Assembly: GCF_000007005.1 (NCBI RefSeq)
Contig: NC_002754.1
Origin: Saccharolobus solfataricus P2
GTDB lineage: Archaea > Thermoproteota > Thermoprotei_A > Sulfolobales > Sulfolobaceae
Direction: 5' to 3' (one strand)
Length of the DNA stretch: 64,000 bases
Made by a program: the position numbers and the translations under genes. Under the pieces are notes generated by a model that made no database searches, was not told the origin of the DNA, and saw nothing but the letters and a program-made list of their open reading frames with translations. This document shows, in pieces, positions 53,907 to 64,000 of the stretch (within the stretch, counting starts at the first letter, position 1; every line of letters begins with the position of its first letter).

Positions 53907-54590
53907 ATGGCTGACGTTTTCATACAAATGCTTAGTGACGCTGTTACTGAGTACGCTAAGAGTTTAGTGGAGAAATCAAAGCAGGGTAAGAAGTTATCTG
54001 AGCAAGATTACCTATTTCTAATGATGTACTTGAACAGTAAAAGAACTGATGACTTAAGGCAAGATATGAATAAGAAGTTTGACGACCTCAAGAGTTACGT
54101 TGATAAGAGATTTGATGATACTAAGGCTGAAATCATAAGTGTCAAGGAAGACATAAAAGGCCTTAGAGACTATACGGAGAGGAAGTTTGACGAGTCGAGA
54201 GCGTACACAGACAAGAAATTCGAGGAAACTAATAAGAAAGTTGAGGATCTCAGACACTATGTCGATAACAAATTCGAGGAAACTAGAGTCTACACAGACA
54301 AGAAATTCGAGGAAACTAATAAGAAAGTTGAAGACCTTAGAAACTACGTTGACACTAAGTTTCAAGAACTAAGAACATATACAGACAAGAAATTCGAAGA
54401 GTCAAGGGCTTACACTGATGTTCAATTTGTTAAGTTTAAAGAGTACGTAGATAAGCAATTTGAGCACGTGGATACCAGGTTTAACGACTTACGTTCAGAT
54501 ATGGATTCAAAATTCAATGAGCTAAAGAATGATCTAAACTTGATCATAAAATTGTTAGTGGGGAAGGAAAAAGAAGAAGAAAAATCGTAG
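53907..54590 (+). CDS. Coiled-coil repeat protein (DxxF-type 11/7-residue repeats)
   Basis: YTDKKFEETNKKVEDLRxYVD repeats; 87-bp DNA duplication at ~54205-54350. Confidence 0.8.
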   Translation: MADVFIQMLSDAVTEYAKSLVEKSKQGKKLSEQDYLFLMMYLNSKRTDDLRQDMNKKFDDLKSYVDKRFDDTKAEIISVKEDIKGLRDYTERKFDESRAYTDKKFEETNKKVEDLRHYVDNKFEETRVYTDKKFEETNKKVEDLRNYVDTKFQELRTYTDKKFEESRAYTDVQFVKFKEYVDKQFEHVDTRFNDLRSDMDSKFNELKNDLNLIIKLLVGKEKEEEKS

Positions 54591-54919
54591 TCGTTCCACC
54601 AGCGTTCTAATTCAGTCTTATCTAATAGTGAAATTAATAATAGTAGGGGAATTACTTCTCATAAGTAAGCTCTCTTAAACAGAATTTACGTATTAGGGTA
54701 TGGTCATAAACACTGATAACATTATCGTCCATTTGAAATGCTTGCATTTATTATCACATTACTATCCATCAAATTCACTGGAGTCCTATAATTTAATTTA
54801 AGAAATTGAGAAGTGTAGAGTAATAGTTTAAGAGTTTTCGTAAAAGACTGAGAGTAGGTGAATTGTCCCTTGCTTAAGATTCTGTGCCTCATCAAGTATC
54901 AATATCGTATTGTCGGAGA

Positions 54920-55046
54920 TGCTTTGTGAGTTCTTGAGTTTTCACAACGGTTTAAGAGATTTGTAAACGGAAATTAACTCCTTGAGATTTTTGAAAGGAA
55001 AATAACATAGGTCCAGTTTAAAAATATCCAATATATCAACTAAGCA
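54920..55046. mobile_element. Diverged SM3-type MITE
   Basis: TGCTTTGTG...CAACTAAGCA ends. Confidence 0.65.
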
Positions 55047-55487
55047 TACTTTATTAATTTTGTTCATGTTCTTGTCAATAGTAAGACTTTATGTAAACAT
55101 TCCTATAAAGCTTAAACCTCAACAGTTTCAACAATAAGTATATCTCATTACTAATGCATATGAGGAAGAACTTCTGATCTTTTGTCTGAAATGCTGTAAC
55201 ACTTTACGTGATTTTCATTAAATTCCTTAAGCCTTAAATATTTACGTAAATTCTCCTCCACTAGACTACGCTAGTTATAAATATTAAAGAATGTATAATC
55301 TAAATATTATATATCTTACACCGAATCTGCTTGAATATTTTATAATTTATCTTATCTTCAGAAAATGTCGGTATGGTAGCGTTTTTCCTTCTAACCCTCT
55401 CTTCCTTTTTCAATGGTGAAAGAAGAAGAACTGCCACATTAGATTTTTTTAACATAAGTTAAAAGGTTAGTTTTCGTTAGTATTATT

Positions 55488-56021
55488 ATGGAAGTTGCCA
55501 CATTAGGAGGAGGTTGCTTTTGGTGCACAGAAGCAGTATATAAGAGAGTTAAGGGAGTGATAAGTGTTAAGCCAGGCTATTCTGGTGGTCACGTACCTAA
55601 TCCTACATATGAGGATGTGTGCACAGATACAACTGGACATGCGGAGGTAGTTCAGATAACCTTTGATTCCTCTATTATTTCATATAGGGAAATTCTGGAA
55701 ATCTTCTTCGAGATTCACGATCCTACTACGCTTAATAGGCAGGGAAACGATGTTGGAACACAATATAGGTCCATAATATTGTACCATAATGAAGAGCAGA
55801 GGAAAATAGCTGAGGAAATGATAAGAGAGGTTGAGAAAAGGATAGGAAAGAAAGTTGTGACTGAACTAAAGCCTTTCGAAGTATTTTACGAGGCAGAGGA
55901 TTATCATCACGATTTCTATGACAAACATAAGTACAATCCTTACTGTAGATTAGTTATAAGCCCTAAAGTAAAAAAATTTATGAAACTATTCCCTGATAAA
56001 GTTAAGATTCACGAAGGATAG
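55488..56021 (+). CDS. msrA: Peptide methionine sulfoxide reductase A
   Basis: GGGCFWC, GHAEVVQ, GTQYRS, AEDYHH. Confidence 0.97.
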   Translation: MEVATLGGGCFWCTEAVYKRVKGVISVKPGYSGGHVPNPTYEDVCTDTTGHAEVVQITFDSSIISYREILEIFFEIHDPTTLNRQGNDVGTQYRSIILYHNEEQRKIAEEMIREVEKRIGKKVVTELKPFEVFYEAEDYHHDFYDKHKYNPYCRLVISPKVKKFMKLFPDKVKIHEG

Positions 56022-57338
56022 GTGAGCTACCCCCTCATAAATGAGGGAGCTTCCTGCTTCACAGCTCTGCCATGCCAGAGTACTGGTAGAGGGCGGAGCT
56101 CCACACTAAGGGTCGCTCCGACCCCGATCCACGTAAGATGTTAAGAGAAGCATTATAGTCACGATCTGCAATCCAACCACAGTTGGGACAAACGAAAACA
56201 CGATCAGAAAGTGATAGATCTTCTTTTACGTACCCGCACTTAGCACAAGTTTTGGAAGTGTATGCTGGGTTGACCAGGATGAGTTTCTTTCCGTATTTTT
56301 CCAACTGATACTTAATCAAATCTCTAAGCTCGCTGAACGCGACGTCACTCAATCTCCTCCTCAGAGACCTTAATGACTTACCTATCAACTGCTTAACATG
56401 AATACCCTCCATGACTACAACGTCATAATGCTCAGCAAACCACTTACCCAACTTCATGTAAAGATCCGTTCTTAGATTCTTCAAATACTCATAAGCCCTA
56501 GCAAGCTTAACCTTAGCCTTAAACCAGTTATGAGAGAGGAATTTCTTCCTTGAAAGTTCTCTGTGTAGATGCTTCACTTTCCATAACGCTTTCTCGTAAG
56601 GTCTCAAATTAGGAAAATACTCACCATCTGACGTTACGATCAACTTTTCTACACCAACATCTATCGCCACTACCTTACCCGTGTTAGGTAACTTGGGGAA
56701 TTCGTGATCAACTACGAAAGTGATGTAAATCCTCTCAGATCTTGTTAGCTTCACTACCACTCTCTTTACTTTGTCAAGGGGAAAGTCTCGGTGAACTATT
56801 ACCTTGAACGTACCAAGATTTGATAGTTTAAGCGTTATTAGTTTCTTCTTGCTTCCTTTTCTTATTTCTCTAACTTGAAGTATTTTCCAACCGTACTGGG
56901 GATAGACTAGGGAGTAGTGCTTGTGAGGTTTCTTTTCTTTCGGGAAATGTGCTAAACCTTCAAAGAACCTCTTCTTAGCTTCGTAGTAACGGTCAGCTAC
57001 TTGTTGAACTACTTGCGAGTAGAGTTGCTTATACTCATCATCTTGTTTTCTCAGATCTAGAGCCAACTGTCTTAACTCAGTTCGTGTTAGTCCTTTCCCA
57101 TCCCTTTGGTAAAAGTATATGTCTGCCCACCTTAAGGTGTTGTAGATTTTGCACGCTGACTTCAACTGGGCCTTTAACGCCCTAAGGGTTTGTTCGTCAG
57201 TGTATGCACGGAAGCGAAACCCTAAGGTGGGCATTGATGTGTATTTCGTTATTTTCCTATTTTTAACTTTTCTACAAAGGGATCCGCCTCAAAGAGAAGT
57301 TTTCCGCTCCCTTTGAACCCCCGTCTGTTATAAGGTAG
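56022..57338 (-). mobile_element. IS1341-group element (ISC1316-like, tnpB only)
   Basis: Right end ...GTAGCTCAC abuts the msrA stop; hairpin left end near 57280-57325; ~1316 bp. Confidence 0.85.
56059..57234 (-). CDS. tnpB: TnpB (IS1341 type)
   Basis: AIDVG, VMEG, CAKCG...[15 protein letters not shown]. Confidence 0.93.
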   Translation of the reverse strand: MPTLGFRFRAYTDEQTLRALKAQLKSACKIYNTLRWADIYFYQRDGKGLTRTELRQLALDLRKQDDEYKQLYSQVVQQVADRYYEAKKRFFEGLAHFPKEKKPHKHYSLVYPQYGWKILQVREIRKGSKKKLITLKLSNLGTFKVIVHRDFPLDKVKRVVVKLTRSERIYITFVVDHEFPKLPNTGKVVAIDVGVEKLIVTSDGEYFPNLRPYEKALWKVKHLHRELSRKKFLSHNWFKAKVKLARAYEYLKNLRTDLYMKLGKWFAEHYDVVVMEGIHVKQLIGKSLRSLRRRLSDVAFSELRDLIKYQLEKYGKKLILVNPAYTSKTCAKCGYVKEDLSLSDRVFVCPNCGWIADRDYNASLNILRGSGSERPLVWSSALYQYSGMAEL

Positions 57339-57869
57339 TTAAGTATAATATAACGAGAAAACTCCTACATTCTTGCTTTATGGATCTCTTCAATCTTTAT
57401 CTGAGTTAACGTGGATTTTACTTTTAAATTAACGCTTGATTTCGAATTTAAGAAAAATTGATGAGCTTAGCATCTTAAAAAATTGAAGTATTCAACAAAG
57501 CACCTACATTCCTTTTTTTAAGAGTAAATAATTATGATTTCCGCTATAAAGACAAAGCGTGTCTGATACCGAGAATGACTATCTTACTAATCTGCGTAAA
57601 CCTCATTGAACGTTTGCAATTTCTATCTTATTCAAAAGTGACCGAGAAAATTATTTTTATTCTTTATACAGTTTGACGATTTATTGGGTTATTGAGAGCA
57701 TCTAAGGATCATTACAAACGTAAACTGTACACCTTGAGGTTAATTGATAATGAGAGTACGTAACAGTTAAGTGGGAAAAGGCTCAACAACTGACCTCGCT
57801 CTAAAGGCTTTTCATTTTTGTAAAAATTATCTTTCATATTTATTAATCTCCTCCCTTAGAATTGGTAAG

Positions 57870-58030
57870 GGTGATTCAAGTCTTCTTTATGGATTGTAAT
57901 TTGTAAATAACTTTTCTGTAAAAATGTTAATATTGGTAATCATGCATCTCTGATAGTTAGTTGTCTTCATTTAGTTAATTTAGTAGCTTCTTTGAAATAA
58001 AGTGAGTTCACAATTGGTATCTGAATTCCC
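57870..58030. mobile_element. SM4-like MITE
   Basis: GGTGATTCA...TGAATTCCC ends; homologous to 30644-30789 plus 32228-32252. Confidence 0.65.
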
Positions 58031-58280
58031 CCGATGCAAGAAAAGCAATGCTTTACTTAGAAATAACAGAGAATATATAAGCAATATTATGGAAACTAGA
58101 ATTTATTATTCACAATTAAACCAATATTACAAAAATTTCTAGTACTCATGGTCCTCTTTGCAATTATCATGAAAAGATTCTAAATAATTAAATCTTTTGA
58201 GCAGAATATTAATTTAAACTTAAGAATAGCACTTATATCTATCATAAAGATTATTAACCAGTTTTAACAATCTTTAAAAT

Positions 58281-59546
58281 ATGAAGTCCCTTGTTGAGAG
58301 TTCCAGACATAAAAGATATCTTAGGATCCTTCCAATTCTCTTTTTCCTGTATATTGTAAACTTCCTAGACAGAGTAAATATTTCATATGCAATAGATGCT
58401 CATATGTTCCAATATTTAGGTGTCCCAACTAGACAAGTTGGTATAATTGCTTCTCTCGCATCATCCCTATTCTTTATAGGGTATTTCATTCCTCAAATTT
58501 TCTCTAACTTGGGTATCAATAGGTATGGTGTTAGAAAAATATTTCTAGCAGCATTTACGGTCTGGGGAATAATTACCATATTGACAGGATTTGTTTCCTC
58601 GGTATCACAAGTTTACGTATTAAGATTTTTACTTGGAATAGCTGAAGGACCTTTCTTTGCTGGCGTTATGTTTTATCTTAGTCTGTGGTTTTTAAAGCCG
58701 GAGAGAGCTACAGCTAATAGTTTTTTCACTGCAGCAATTCCCGTTTCTGGAATATTTGGTGGACTAATAGCTGGTGCCATATTTGCAACATATGGCGATT
58801 ACCCTGGTTGGAGGTACCTTTTCATATATGAAGGTATATTAGCAATTATTGGTGGGATATTAGCATATTTTATTCTAACTGACTTTCCTAAAGATGCAAA
58901 ATGGTTAAGTAATGAGGAAAAAATTGCTATTCAAAATGCGTTTAAAGAGGAAGAAACGGAAAAGGTAAACGTTAAATGGACCAAGGCGTTAACTAATAGG
59001 GATGTAATAATCCTTGCTATTGTATATTTTCTAGGAGTAACAAGTCTTTATGGTTATTCTATTTGGCTTCCATCTATTATAAGTTCATTTGGAAAAGTTA
59101 ACGCGACTGTTGCAAGCTTCTTATCGGTAATACCATATGTAATAGCTTCAATTTCACTAATATTTATAGCGCATTTAGCTGATCGAACCCAAAGGCACAG
59201 ATCTATTACCTCCATAGTATTTATAATTGCTGGTGTCGGCTTGGGTTTAAGTGCATTAACGCAGAATATATTTGTTCTATCGTTTATCTTCTTCGCAATA
59301 GCTGCAATTGGAATATACAGTTTTATAGCTACATTTTGGGCAGTTCCACAGAAGTTTTTACATGGTGATGCAGCTGCAGCAGCAATAGGTCTTATAAATG
59401 CAGTAGGTAACTTAGGAGGAATTGTGGGACCTATAGTAGTGGGATTTCTGAAGTCATTCACTGGATCTTTTATAGATGGAGTCTACATGATGGCACTATT
59501 CTCTTTCCTAGCAGGTTTGGTTATACTGCTCATAAGGAGAAGCTAA
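58281..59546 (+). CDS. MFS transporter (anion:cation symporter family)
   Basis: [37 protein letters not shown]. Confidence 0.93.
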   Translation: MKSLVESSRHKRYLRILPILFFLYIVNFLDRVNISYAIDAHMFQYLGVPTRQVGIIASLASSLFFIGYFIPQIFSNLGINRYGVRKIFLAAFTVWGIITILTGFVSSVSQVYVLRFLLGIAEGPFFAGVMFYLSLWFLKPERATANSFFTAAIPVSGIFGGLIAGAIFATYGDYPGWRYLFIYEGILAIIGGILAYFILTDFPKDAKWLSNEEKIAIQNAFKEEETEKVNVKWTKALTNRDVIILAIVYFLGVTSLYGYSIWLPSIISSFGKVNATVASFLSVIPYVIASISLIFIAHLADRTQRHRSITSIVFIIAGVGLGLSALTQNIFVLSFIFFAIAAIGIYSFIATFWAVPQKFLHGDAAAAAIGLINAVGNLGGIVGPIVVGFLKSFTGSFIDGVYMMALFSFLAGLVILLIRRS

Positions 59547-59636
59547 TTCTTTTGAATATAATTAATTCCGTATTCCTCTATAAATTTGTTATTAGCAACA
59601 GCATGTCATTTTTATAAAAAGTTTTTTGATCCCTGT

Positions 59637-60679
59637 GACTCTGGGACAAAAACTTTAGATACCCCTTATTTTGTATCATGAACACATGAATAAGAAGTTA
59701 ACTCAGAAAGACTTCGACAATTTCAAGGAGTCAATAGAGGACTTGATCAAGTTGCACAAGGAAAGTAGGCTCAGTAAGATAGAGAACAATAAGGAGAGCG
59801 AAGAAGAGAGGTTAGCCAGATTAAGAAGATTCGGTCGAGAGTTAAGACTTAGAGGAGGCAAAGTTCGTCAAGATCAAGAAAGAACAAGGGAGAAAAAGCA
59901 AACTAACCCCACAAGAGAAGGCATACATACTGATAATCAAGGAATATCTAGGCTTATCCAACAGGGAAACCGCAGAACTAGCATTACTACTGAACCTAAC
60001 GAAGGAGGAGATAAGCCACAAGACAGTAGAGAGACTATACTCCCACCCCACATCTTCGTCATCCTCTACAACCTACTCTCAAAGACCGCTAGTGGCCTCA
60101 AGGTGGTCATGGACAGGACAGGTTATTCCCTAGTAGTAACCAAGCATTAAAGGAGTGAAAGGGAGAAGTCTGGGGAAGATGTGAAGGAAGGAGTTCGCGT
60201 ACTCCTTCTTCATCTTTGACTTGGGTAGTAACTTGATTGTCGCTTACGGTTATTCGCTTAAGAGTGAGAGGGAGGCTTATGAGATGGTCCTCGAGGTCCT
60301 GAGGGATCTTGGTGTAAAGGTTGACTCCTTGAGGGCTGACAAGTACTATAGCAAGTCTATACTGGATGACTTCCCTGATTCTGAGAACTTGATACCCTAA
60401 CGCTACGATCAAGGGAGGGAAAAGGTGGAGGGAGATGATATTGAAGTTCATGAAGAACCCACTGGAGTATTTGGAGGAGTATTTTAAGCGTGAGAGGCTC
60501 TGATCTTCATTAAAAGGAGGACAGGGTGGATCATAAATAAGGTCAGGGAAGAGAGGATCCACTTGACGGTCTTAGCGAGGGTCGCGATTCACGATCTACT
60601 GTGGTCTAAAGCGCTAGATTAAAAATCCCGAAATGCTATATAAATTTGGAAACCCATTAGACTAATTTGTCCCAGACTC
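59637..60679 (+). mobile_element. ISC1043-like element (1043 bp), transposase frameshifted
   Basis: TIR GACTCTGGGACAAA; no intact ORF. Confidence 0.87.
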
Positions 60680-60899
60680 TCAAAATTTTCTTAGACCTTG
60701 GCTGTAAGAGCTGGGTCAGTACCCTCGGGACTGGGGGATCTTAAGCCTGTGGAGAGAAAACCCTCCGTAACCTCTCTTTCACACGGGGTATTAGAGAACG
60801 ATTCCGTTCGATGGAACCTCAGCTGTGGGTGAAGGGGGATCGAGGTTTCTCTGAGAAGCAGGAAATCTTCACCGCGAGGTGGAGATACCCCGCCCTTAG

Positions 60900-62124
60900 C
60901 GGTAGACCCAAAATCACCTCCATAAAAATAAATCTATAGTATTAATAAGTGTTTTCTCAAGATTAAATATAAAATCCTTTAGATCAGATAAATCGTCTAG
61001 AAAGCAGAGGATGAGCAGCAATCTAAACTCCTCTCTTGTCATGACGTTCTTAAACACGGTGTAAAGCGAGTAGAAGATCATGGCCAGCACGAAGATCAAC
61101 TCGCGGAAGATGAACTTGGTGGAGCTCGTGAAGGGAAGGAAGGCCTTGATGTTCCTGTAAGACGTCTCAATGGGACTCCTAACCTTGTTGTACAACTTCA
61201 GCACTTCCCTCTTGGGTAGGTCGAGGTTGGTCGCCCTCGCGAAGTACACCACGGTCTTCTTCCTCTTCTTAACGATTTCCTTACCATACACCAGGAGTCT
61301 GAACTTGACCTGCTCTTCCTTCTTATGCCTCTTACTGTTTGTCGTGTACTCTCCGTCGAACTCCTCGTAGATCTTCACGTCCCCCACAGGGACTCCTATC
61401 ACGAACTTGAACTGCGATATGAACTTGAGGACTTCCACGGTGTAGAATCCCGCGTCCAAGGTTACGAGCCCCACCTTGAGGCCCATTCCCACAATTTGCT
61501 CCATGAGAAGCTTCACGATCTCATCCTTGCTCATCCCGTTAACTTGGGGAACGAAAGCTAGGAGGAGCACCATATTCTGATACTTCGTGGTCGCGGTAGC
61601 GTAGTTCCACGAGTTCCCCTTGGCTGAACTACCCAGTCCCTCCACCGGCTTACCATACCACGTCTTGGTTGTCCAGTCTATGGAGATGTCGACTTCCTTC
61701 ACTCCCTTGAGTATCTCCATGGAAATCCTCCTCATGGACTCTAATAGCTTCTCGATCACCTCAGTTCCCTGCTCCTCCACGTAGTTCCTCACGGTCTGTG
61801 GTGACACGTTATACCCTTTGGACTTGCTTTCCACGGAGTCGTTCCACAAGCACGCGGAGACCAGAACTCTCGATACCTCCTCAGCCTTTCTTCCCTTGAA
61901 GCTCAACATGGAAAGTAATTTATACCCTACTTGTTGTATATTATTTTGGTGGGGAAGACCAGGTGTTATCACCTTGTCTTCACCACGTGATAATACCGGT
62001 TTCCTCACCTTAAATCTTTCTTCAATTAGTTGCGTTCTTGTTAAAGCTATAAATTCTATTATTTTTCAGAATCTGATATTACCCAACCAAAATTATTTTT
62101 TGTAAAATGATTTTGGGTCTACCG
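60900..62124 (-). mobile_element. ISC1225, intact (1225 bp)
   Basis: TIR CGGTAGACCCAAAATCA, TSD TTAG. Confidence 0.93.
60914..62008 (-). CDS. ISC1225 DDE transposase
   Basis: ISIDWT, TLDAGFY, RSPIETSYR. Confidence 0.92.
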   Translation of the reverse strand: MRKPVLSRGEDKVITPGLPHQNNIQQVGYKLLSMLSFKGRKAEEVSRVLVSACLWNDSVESKSKGYNVSPQTVRNYVEEQGTEVIEKLLESMRRISMEILKGVKEVDISIDWTTKTWYGKPVEGLGSSAKGNSWNYATATTKYQNMVLLLAFVPQVNGMSKDEIVKLLMEQIVGMGLKVGLVTLDAGFYTVEVLKFISQFKFVIGVPVGDVKIYEEFDGEYTTNSKRHKKEEQVKFRLLVYGKEIVKKRKKTVVYFARATNLDLPKREVLKLYNKVRSPIETSYRNIKAFLPFTSSTKFIFRELIFVLAMIFYSLYTVFKNVMTREEFRLLLILCFLDDLSDLKDFIFNLEKTLINTIDLFLWR

Positions 62125-62186
62125 TTAGGACGGGGTAGTTCACCGTAAGAATGTAACGATTTTCTAAAAAGTTTATTGGTGGTTTC

Positions 62187-62927
62187 TCACTCACCATGAC
62201 ACTTCACGTCCATCTCCTTTATATCTAAACTTCCATATCCTCTAGTTACTTTTCTCCCCCAGCCTATTCTCATTGAAAAAATCATAGTCTTAAGTAATAA
62301 ATATAAGGAATCCTTTCCACACTCATTCAACTCTTTATTATCGAAAGCTAAATACGTCTTGAACGTAATACCCTTATTTATAGCTAAGAACTTTATAGGA
62401 ATTGGTTTAACATTGTATTCGTCTTTAGCTCCATTATAATGCGGAGTTATTATATCATACGTTAAGACGTTCTTACCATCTATGGGGTATGCGTTGAAGA
62501 AAATCACCTTTCCCATCTTTCCTTCATCACCGTATAAACAAGATTCTACTTTATCGTTACTGGTTACTTCTTTAAAATAATTCTTCACAATCCCCTTTAT
62601 TTCGGATCCGGCAATATAAGGAGTATCTAGTATCATATCCCATGCTAGTGGAACTTCTGTTATGAAATATATTGGACTCCAACCCGTTAGCAATTTACTT
62701 AGAGTTATAAAGGTAATTTTCACATAACACAATCCCGATCTATCTAAAGCTCTTTCCACATCATCGAGGTAAGATTTTATAAGATTGTATCGTGGTGTGA
62801 AATTTACTAAATTCTCCATTGTATTGTCTTTCGCTAACTTCTGTCCTTTTTCTTTAAGATTAGTCATATATTCAGATATTATTCTAAGTAACTGATTACC
62901 TCTTTGTCTTTCCATAATTATCGACAC
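62187..62927 (-). CDS. cmr6: Type III-B RAMP subunit Cmr6
   Basis: PYIAGSEIKG, GKVIFFNAYP, DIITPHY, PIPIKFL, GWGRKVTRGYG. Confidence 0.9.
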   Translation of the reverse strand: MSIIMERQRGNQLLRIISEYMTNLKEKGQKLAKDNTMENLVNFTPRYNLIKSYLDDVERALDRSGLCYVKITFITLSKLLTGWSPIYFITEVPLAWDMILDTPYIAGSEIKGIVKNYFKEVTSNDKVESCLYGDEGKMGKVIFFNAYPIDGKNVLTYDIITPHYNGAKDEYNVKPIPIKFLAINKGITFKTYLAFDNKELNECGKDSLYLLLKTMIFSMRIGWGRKVTRGYGSLDIKEMDVKCHGE

Positions 62928-64000
62928 TCTTTCATTATATTATCCTTTAATGCAGTAGTATAAACTTGAATCAATTTGCTCACATTATCTGGGAAGGATA
63001 GATCCTTGTTATTTATAGCAAGCTCTTTTTCTTTGTCGAAGAGATAACTATCAGCTTTATTCATGCTAATTATTTCCTTTAACGGTACTATGTGAATTGT
63101 TCTACCATCATGTATGCCTATGTGTACTAAGTTATCGAGGGCTTCTTCGTTATCCTTAAGAGACAAGAACGGCAATATGGAAATGGTGTAACTGTTATTA
63201 CTTGTTCTTATCGGTGAAATGATAAACATTGATTCTCTTTTAACGTCAGTAAGTTTAGAGCCTTCCAGTTTATAATATCCAGAAGGAGAGCGTAAATAAT
63301 GCACTTGTTTATTTGCCCTTTTATCATATCTTTCAATAATTTTGATGTTACCGCTTTTCTTTAAATTTTCGAAGAGATCTTCAATTTCCTTTCTAACGTT
63401 ATTCTCTCCCACCTTTTCCTTTATTTCGACATCGCGTATATCTGTTAGCGTAGTGGATACCGTTATACTTGCGTTCCTCGGCAATCCGTAAATCCATGTG
63501 TGTATGTGAGGTGCAGGATCTCTGATATTAGATTTAAAGGAACTCTTTAGGACAGATTTATGTATGACGTTAAGTACATCGATGATATCGTTTTTATTAC
63601 AAGCCTCTATAATTTGAATTCTGTCTGGGCCGTTGCTTTCAGTTAAAGGAGCCAGAGGAACGTGAGATTCCTCCCAACCATTTATCCTATTACAACCTTT
63701 TTCTATTTCGCGGAACTTCTCATAAAACTTATTGAATGCATCTATTATTTTACCTTCTATAACTGAACTACATATATCCTTAGCTACAGTATCATTACAT
63801 TCAGCCGGAATAAATCTACCGAAACCCCTATTGGGGCTAAATCCTATACCCAAAAAGGCTATGGTGATTAAAACTCCTCCGACTACTATTTCGTCATATT
63901 TAGGATCGTCATTACTTCTGAAGATTTCTAGCGTGAAATTCATATCTCTTGGAATTAAATTTTCCTGCTCTTTGCCTCTAATTATAACGTTTACTCTGTT
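62918..64000 (-). CDS. cmr1: Type III-B RAMP subunit Cmr1 (5' end outside the window)
   Basis: GIGFSPNRGFG, YGLPR, RESMFIIS; frame open to the window edge. Confidence 0.82.
   Translation of the reverse strand, partial: NRVNVIIRGKEQENLIPRDMNFTLEIFRSNDDPKYDEIVVGGVLITIAFLGIGFSPNRGFGRFIPAECNDTVAKDICSSVIEGKIIDAFNKFYEKFREIEKGCNRINGWEESHVPLAPLTESNGPDRIQIIEACNKNDIIDVLNVIHKSVLKSSFKSNIRDPAPHIHTWIYGLPRNASITVSTTLTDIRDVEIKEKVGENNVRKEIEDLFENLKKSGNIKIIERYDKRANKQVHYLRSPSGYYKLEGSKLTDVKRESMFIISPIRTSNNSYTISILPFLSLKDNEEALDNLVHIGIHDGRTIHIVPLKEIISMNKADSYLFDKEKELAINNKDLSFPDNVSKLIQVYTTALKDNIMKECR

Larger units (their letters stand above)
60680..62143 (+). mobile_element. 3' relic of a tnpB/omegaRNA and IS605 right end, split by ISC1225
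   Basis: tnpB-like tail, ...CCCCGCCCTTAG[ISC1225]GACGGGGTAGTTCAC. Confidence 0.7.

Noticed and set aside
54054-54372. Alternative-frame repetitive ORFs
   Set aside because: By-products of the coiled-coil gene's tandem repeats
57340-57700. Region with ~130 bp homologous to 29450-29650
   Set aside because: A real duplication, but no frame or motif could be assigned; treated as pseudogene debris
62480-62510. Cmr6 FFNAYP instead of the usual FFDAYP as a sign of inactivation
   Set aside because: RNA cleavage in type III-B is by Cmr4; one substitution in Cmr6 supports no claim

Overview
Sulfolobales chromosome segment. The CRISPR repeat, the ISC-type IS lengths and the SM MITEs point to Saccharolobus (Sulfolobus) solfataricus; this is from recall, not a database search. 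Left: a type I-A adaptation cassette (csa1-cas1-cas2-cas4, minus strand) divergent from a leader and a 96-repeat/95-spacer CRISPR array (3634-9637). Next come HerA and SF1-helicase relics, gdhA, the dpo2 (PolB2) operon and peptide/amino-acid catabolism genes. From about 23 kb the window is an IS-saturated accessory/defence region, with roughly 20 kb of IS/MITE DNA, much of it nested and with readable target-site duplications. It holds toxin-antitoxin pairs, ATPases, coiled-coil proteins and three TnpBs, and ends in a type III-B cmr operon (cmr1, cmr6). Best unexplained signals: (1) a cryptic halocin-C8-like Cys-rich peptide hidden by a frameshift behind an orphan gene (42586-43239); (2) a two-repeat/one-spacer CRISPR-like mini-array upstream of gdhA; (3) a 1039-aa protein with two P-loops and a helical tail; (4) four ISC1225 ends sitting in IS200/IS605 right-end hairpins. 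Coordinates were read by eye and may be off by a few bases. Single-base frameshifts could be sequencing errors.
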